A program made the translations under genes and the position numbers. From Eledone cirrhosa (taxonomy: Eukaryota), in NCBI GenBank assembly GCA_964016885.1, contig OZ024746.1, positions 5,084,001 through 5,148,000 on the forward strand: a DNA stretch of 64,000 nucleotides, given 5' to 3'. A model generated the notes under the pieces. That model was not told the DNA's origin, did not search any database, and saw only the letters and a list, made by a program, of their open reading frames with translations. Shown here one piece after another: positions 57,999-64,000 of this stretch; the first letter of the stretch is position 1; each line of letters opens with the position of its first letter.

Positions 57999-58136
57999 AT
58001 AATAATAAATGTGAAGACCAAAATCTAAAGAGTGCTCGATAAGGATAAATATATATCAAATATATAAGTACCCTAGAGTAAATATTTATTAAAATAACAG
58101 ATTAAAGTTTAAGCAAAGAATCGCTACTTTCACCCG

Positions 58137-58245
<109 letters not shown>

Positions 58246-58616
58246 CAAAAGGTATACAGAAATAACAGAACAAACGACACAGTACAATGAAGAAATATAT
58301 TACTTTTACGCTAGATATAGTAGGAAAAGTGTTAATTATTTTTAGAAACGTTGAGCGGATATGTATCTAGCTGCGTGGTTAAAAAATTAGCTTCGCACCC
58401 ATGTAGCTTAGTCCCATTGTATGGAACGATGGTGAATTGTCTTCTACTATAGTACTGGCGTGATAAATGCCTTCTGTGTGCAATACACTAGACATCGTAT
58501 ATACATACATACATGATAATACACATCGCATCACCTGGTCCAGAATTTAAAGTTATAACCTCACTATTGTGAATTCGACATTCTAACCACTAAATCATGC
58601 GCCTTCACATACATAT

Positions 58617-58673
<57 letters not shown>

Positions 58674-58675
58674 CA

Positions 58676-58725
<50 letters not shown>

Positions 58726-58823
58726 TAGATATGTATGTAAAATGTAAACAGAAATAACAGCACAATCGGTACAGTATATGGAAGGTATATATTAGGTTAA
58801 CGCTTGATATAGAAGGAAGAGGG

Positions 58824-58859
58824 TCTTAACGTTTCGGACGCTAGTCTTTCATCAGAAGA
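58824..58859 (-). ncRNA. Minimal type-I hammerhead motif
   Basis: The minus strand reads tctt-CTGATGA-a-agac tagc gtcc-GAAA-cg-TT-aaga. It lies in a ~280-bp element (58740-59020) with a deleted relative at 58245-58360. Confidence 0.7.
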
Positions 58860-59021
58860 AAGAATGAGAAATAAAATAGATTGAGGGGACGGACGGGTTG
58901 GATAAAAATGTCTTTAGATAAAAATAATAGGTCCATTCATGTTGACGTCTCTTGCGAAACTGTTGGTGCTGGCGTTTTGTGTATGATTTATTTTTTAGAA
59001 ACGCGGATGATGGCGCGCGTC

Positions 59022-59055
<34 letters not shown>

Positions 59056-59205
59056 ATTACAAATGTATATATATATATATATATATGTATGTATTTGTAT
59101 GTATATATATATTTATATTTATTTTCATGTATGTATACATATGTGTGTTTGTATCAGTGTGTATGTATATACATGTATATGTGTTTATATAAATATATGT
59201 ACATG

Positions 59206-59314
<109 letters not shown>

Positions 59315-59317
59315 GCA

Positions 59318-59492
<175 letters not shown>

Positions 59493-59538
59493 TTATGTAT
59501 ATACATAAATATCAGTTGATCTGATATTGAATATTTAC

Positions 59539-59940
59539 CAATATTTATCAATATTTTAGGCCAGGGCAGTATTCCGGATTTTGAATCCTCGTAAGATCAG
59601 AGAACTGCGCCATTTTGTTGATGTGATTTCAAATATTCTCAAAGAATATTTAACACGAGTTGCTGCACTGTAATGGTTTGTAGCCTGAGTGTAGCTGGAG
59701 AATACACCGATAATTCTTCTCAAATCATTCTCATTAAATCACGCCCACGCCATTAAGGTTCCAGGATCAAAGTATAGGGAAATTAGCTTTGTCTATAACG
59801 ATCAAGAATAATTTTGTCTCTGATACTAATAAGGTCACAGATCAATAATTGAATCACAAAACAGTAATTACAATCCATCCTAAACACGTGAACCGGAAAT
59901 TTTCTAGAATCGCGCCACTACTCGGACCGTGTTTAAGGCA
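59539..59940 (-). promoter_or_regulatory. Candidate housekeeping-type promoter and first exon
   Basis: YY1-like cgccatttt at 59608, cacgccc at 59740, E-box cacgtg at 59885, ETS ccggaa at 59893 and tcgcgcca at 59910. A possible minus-strand donor G|GTAAAT is at 59539/59538. Confidence 0.35.
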
Positions 59941-61037
59941 TGCCAAATTTATTCAACAAAGAAAATAATAATAAAAAAATGAAAGGATGGGAGGAATGCA
60001 TGAGTGAATATAGTACTGGACGTTTTAAATTAGAGGGTTTGAAGTTGAAAGGTCCCAATTACTACTTTGGAAGGGAGCTTACGTAGCATTTGACTTTATA
60101 TGGTAGAAGAATATTGCAACAAACTGCAGTAGAAAATAAATAGTTATTTGGCAAATTATGTTTAGAAATTAGTATCTTAACTAATTAATTATATCAAGGG
60201 AAACCGCATCAAGATAATTATATATTCGAACCAATGAAGGAGCCTCTAATAGTCCGCTTTGCTTGTTAAAAATGACAGCCAGATCTTTCTCAAATCCCAC
60301 ATTACCGTCTCAGAACTAGAAAGACATTGGATAATGCATTACAATTTACTTGAAAATAAAATACAAATAGTCTCAGCTGGAAAAATGTGACCTATCATAT
60401 TTTATTATTGAAATGTTTTTGTAGGCCCTCAGATAATTGTTAAGAGATGAGAGATTTGAATAAAGGTGAGACAGCTACGAGACATTTTTGCCCACCACCG
60501 TCTTTGACAGCATTTAGCTGTGTTAATGGCTGTTCTAGCGATGAGTTTTCTCATTTTTATATGAATTCAAATACACTCTCGCTTCGTCTCGATCAGAGAC
60601 GACAATGTTTATTCATCTAAATTATAAGTTACTCGATTTCTTCGAAAAAACTTGCAGGAGAAAGGAAATAAAAACAATTGAATTTAGTCTTTGGACGACC
60701 AATTATCTAGCAAACGATTGAGCTTCTACGCATGCGTTGTCTCTGATAATGTTGTCCTTGGAGTATTTGGTCTAATTAATAATAATAATAATAATAATGT
60801 AAAGGTGATGGTTGTTATGCTTTTGATTCGAACAAAACTGAGTTTAAACAATAACAACAACAAAAACAACTGCCACAAAGATAAAAACAACAACAGCAAC
60901 AACAACAATAACGAACAACATTTTTACCTAACTAGAAAAACACGTCAATATTTGTAAAACCTAGAAATATCTTAAATTAAAGGAGTGAACAGCATCACTA
61001 TACACATACACACATATATATGTTATAATGAGAAGCG

Positions 61038-61103
<66 letters not shown>

Positions 61104-61104
61104 C

Positions 61105-61135
<31 letters not shown>

Positions 61136-61167
61136 TACACATACACACATACACACACACACACATA

Positions 61168-61214
<47 letters not shown>

Positions 61215-61250
61215 ACACACGCACACACACACACACACGCACACACACAC

Positions 61251-61322
<72 letters not shown>

Positions 61323-61790
61323 ACACACACACACACACGCACACACACACATACAGTCTCACACACATCCATATAAACCAAACATTCGAGTAATTTTGTT
61401 ATTCAAAATATAAACAATTGCTGTTTATGTCAAGATAATATTTATTGCATAAAACATTCTATTTTTTTCATTATCTTTGCATAACTTATATTTATGTAAG
61501 ATTAAAAAGATGGTTTCTTTATTTATATATTTTTGTTCCAAATCTCATGTTGATATAATAGCGATGATATGTGAGATATGAAGATCGTTTGTTGATAGAA
61601 TACAGGATGGTATTTTCTAACTGAATTGTGATAGACTTGTCAACAGATAGATGTGTGTCAGAACAGTAGGCAAAATAGATAAATATAAAGGAACAATGTA
61701 AAAAATTAATGAAAGACAATAAAATAAGAGTCTGATAAAATAAGAGTCTGAACTGAAAAATTATCATCAATTCGCAAATATACACCTATA

Positions 61791-61857
<67 letters not shown>

Positions 61858-61869
61858 GTATATATACAC

Positions 61870-63560
61870 ACAACTACATTCTCATATATATACACCAATA
61901 CATTAACATCAATATATATACACCACTACATTCACACATATATACACCACTACATTCACATATATACACCACTACATTCACACATATATACACCACTACA
62001 TTCACATATATACACCACTACATTCACATATATACACCACTCCATTCACATATATATACACCACTACATTCACATATATACACCACTACATTCACATATA
62101 TACACCACTACATTCACATATATATACACCGCTACATTCACATATATACACCACTCCATTCACATATATACATCACTACATTCACATATATACACCACTC
62201 CATTCACATATATACATCACTACATTCACATATATACACCACTCCATTCACATATATACACCACTACATTCACATATATACACCACTACATTGACATATA
62301 CATATATATACACCACTACATTCACATATATATACACCACTACATTCACATATATATACACCGCTACATTCACATATATACATCACTGCATTCACATATA
62401 TACACCACTACATTCACACATATATACCCCACTACATTCACACATATATACCCCACTACATTCACACATATATACACCACTACATTCACATATATATACA
62501 CCACTACATTCACACATATATACCCCACTACATTCACATATATACACCACTACATTCACATATATACACCACTACATTCACATATATATACACCGCTACA
62601 TTCACATATATAGACCACTCCATTCACATATATACATCACTGCATTCACATATATACCCCACTACATTCACACATATATACACCACTACATTCACATATA
62701 TATACACCACTACATTCACACATATATACCCCACTACATTCACATATATACACCGCTCCATTCACATATATACACCACTCCATTCACATATATACATCAC
62801 TACATTCACATATATACATCACTACATTCACATATATACACCACTACATTCACATATATACACCACTACATTCACATATATACATCACTACATTCACATA
62901 TATACACCACCCCATTCACATATATACATCACTACATTCACACATATATACATCACTCCATTCACATATATACACCACTACATTCACATATATACACCAC
63001 TCCATTCACATATATACACCACTCCATTCACATATATACACCACTACATTCACATATATACATCACTACATTCACATATATACACCACCCCATTCACATA
63101 TATACACCACTACATTCACATATATACACCACTACATTCACATATATATACACCACTACATTCACACATATATACACCACTCCATTCACATATATACATC
63201 ACTACATTCACATACATACACCACTCCATTCACATATATACACCACTACATTCACATATATATACACCACTACATTCACATATATACACCACTACATTTA
63301 CATATATACACCACTACATTCACATATATATACACCACTACATTCACATATATACACCACTACATTCACATATATACACCACTACATTGACATATACATA
63401 TATATACACCACTACATTCACATATATATACATCACTACATTCACATATATACACCACTACATTCACATATATACACCACTACATTCACATATATATACA
63501 CCACTACATTCACATATATACACCACTCCATTCACACGTGGGTATATACATCACTCCATT
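61870..63560. repeat. 22-24-bp minisatellite (cacatatatacaccactacatt), roughly 75 units
   Basis: Read directly from the sequence. It explains the 484-aa ORF at 62291-63745. Confidence 0.95.
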
Positions 63561-63838
63561 CCCGGGTATATACACCCGTATATATGTTTGTCAGTTCTTA
63601 CATTGAAACAAATGAGAATGTTTGGATAAATATTTGTTTGTCAATGAATGTTATGCAGGCCCGCGCGCGCACACACACACACACATGCATGCATGGATCT
63701 GTGTGTGTGCGTACATACACACACACATGCAAACACAAACACTAAAAAACACAGGTACGCATACACACACGTATATGTGTGTGTGTGTACATATGTACAC
63801 GATCTATGTATGTTAAAAAGGAAAACATGCATATTGTT

Positions 63839-63885
<47 letters not shown>

Positions 63886-63952
63886 AATGTGTGTGTGTTT
63901 GTGTGTATGTATGTGTGTGTGTTTGTGTGTATGTGTGTTTATGTATGTATGC

Positions 63953-64000
<48 letters not shown>

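Noticed and set aside
62291-63745. 484-aa ORF
   Set aside because: It is the translation of a stop-free 22-24-bp minisatellite and has no domain content.

Overview
AT-rich, microsatellite-saturated animal DNA. The repeat repertoire suggests a coleoid cephalopod, probably Octopus (inference). No host protein-coding exon can be supported, and almost every ORF in the track is a simple-repeat artefact. The window contains decayed retroelements (RTE, CRE-type and R4/Dong-type restriction-like endonuclease (RLE) LINEs, and one Penelope-like element with a GIY-YIG endonuclease and a 3' hammerhead), tRNA-derived SINEs, mariner MITEs, a hAT-like element and a short Helitron. Many small elements sit inside (TA)n tracts, carry minimal type-I hammerhead motifs and form fold-back hairpins. 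The best signal is the hairpin at 15944-16450. Compared with its own partner arm and an independent copy at 20606-20913, it carries about 25 same-strand A>G changes with almost no 5'-G neighbours. This looks like an ADAR-hyperedited dsRNA that was reverse-transcribed back into the genome. All alignments and folds were done by eye.
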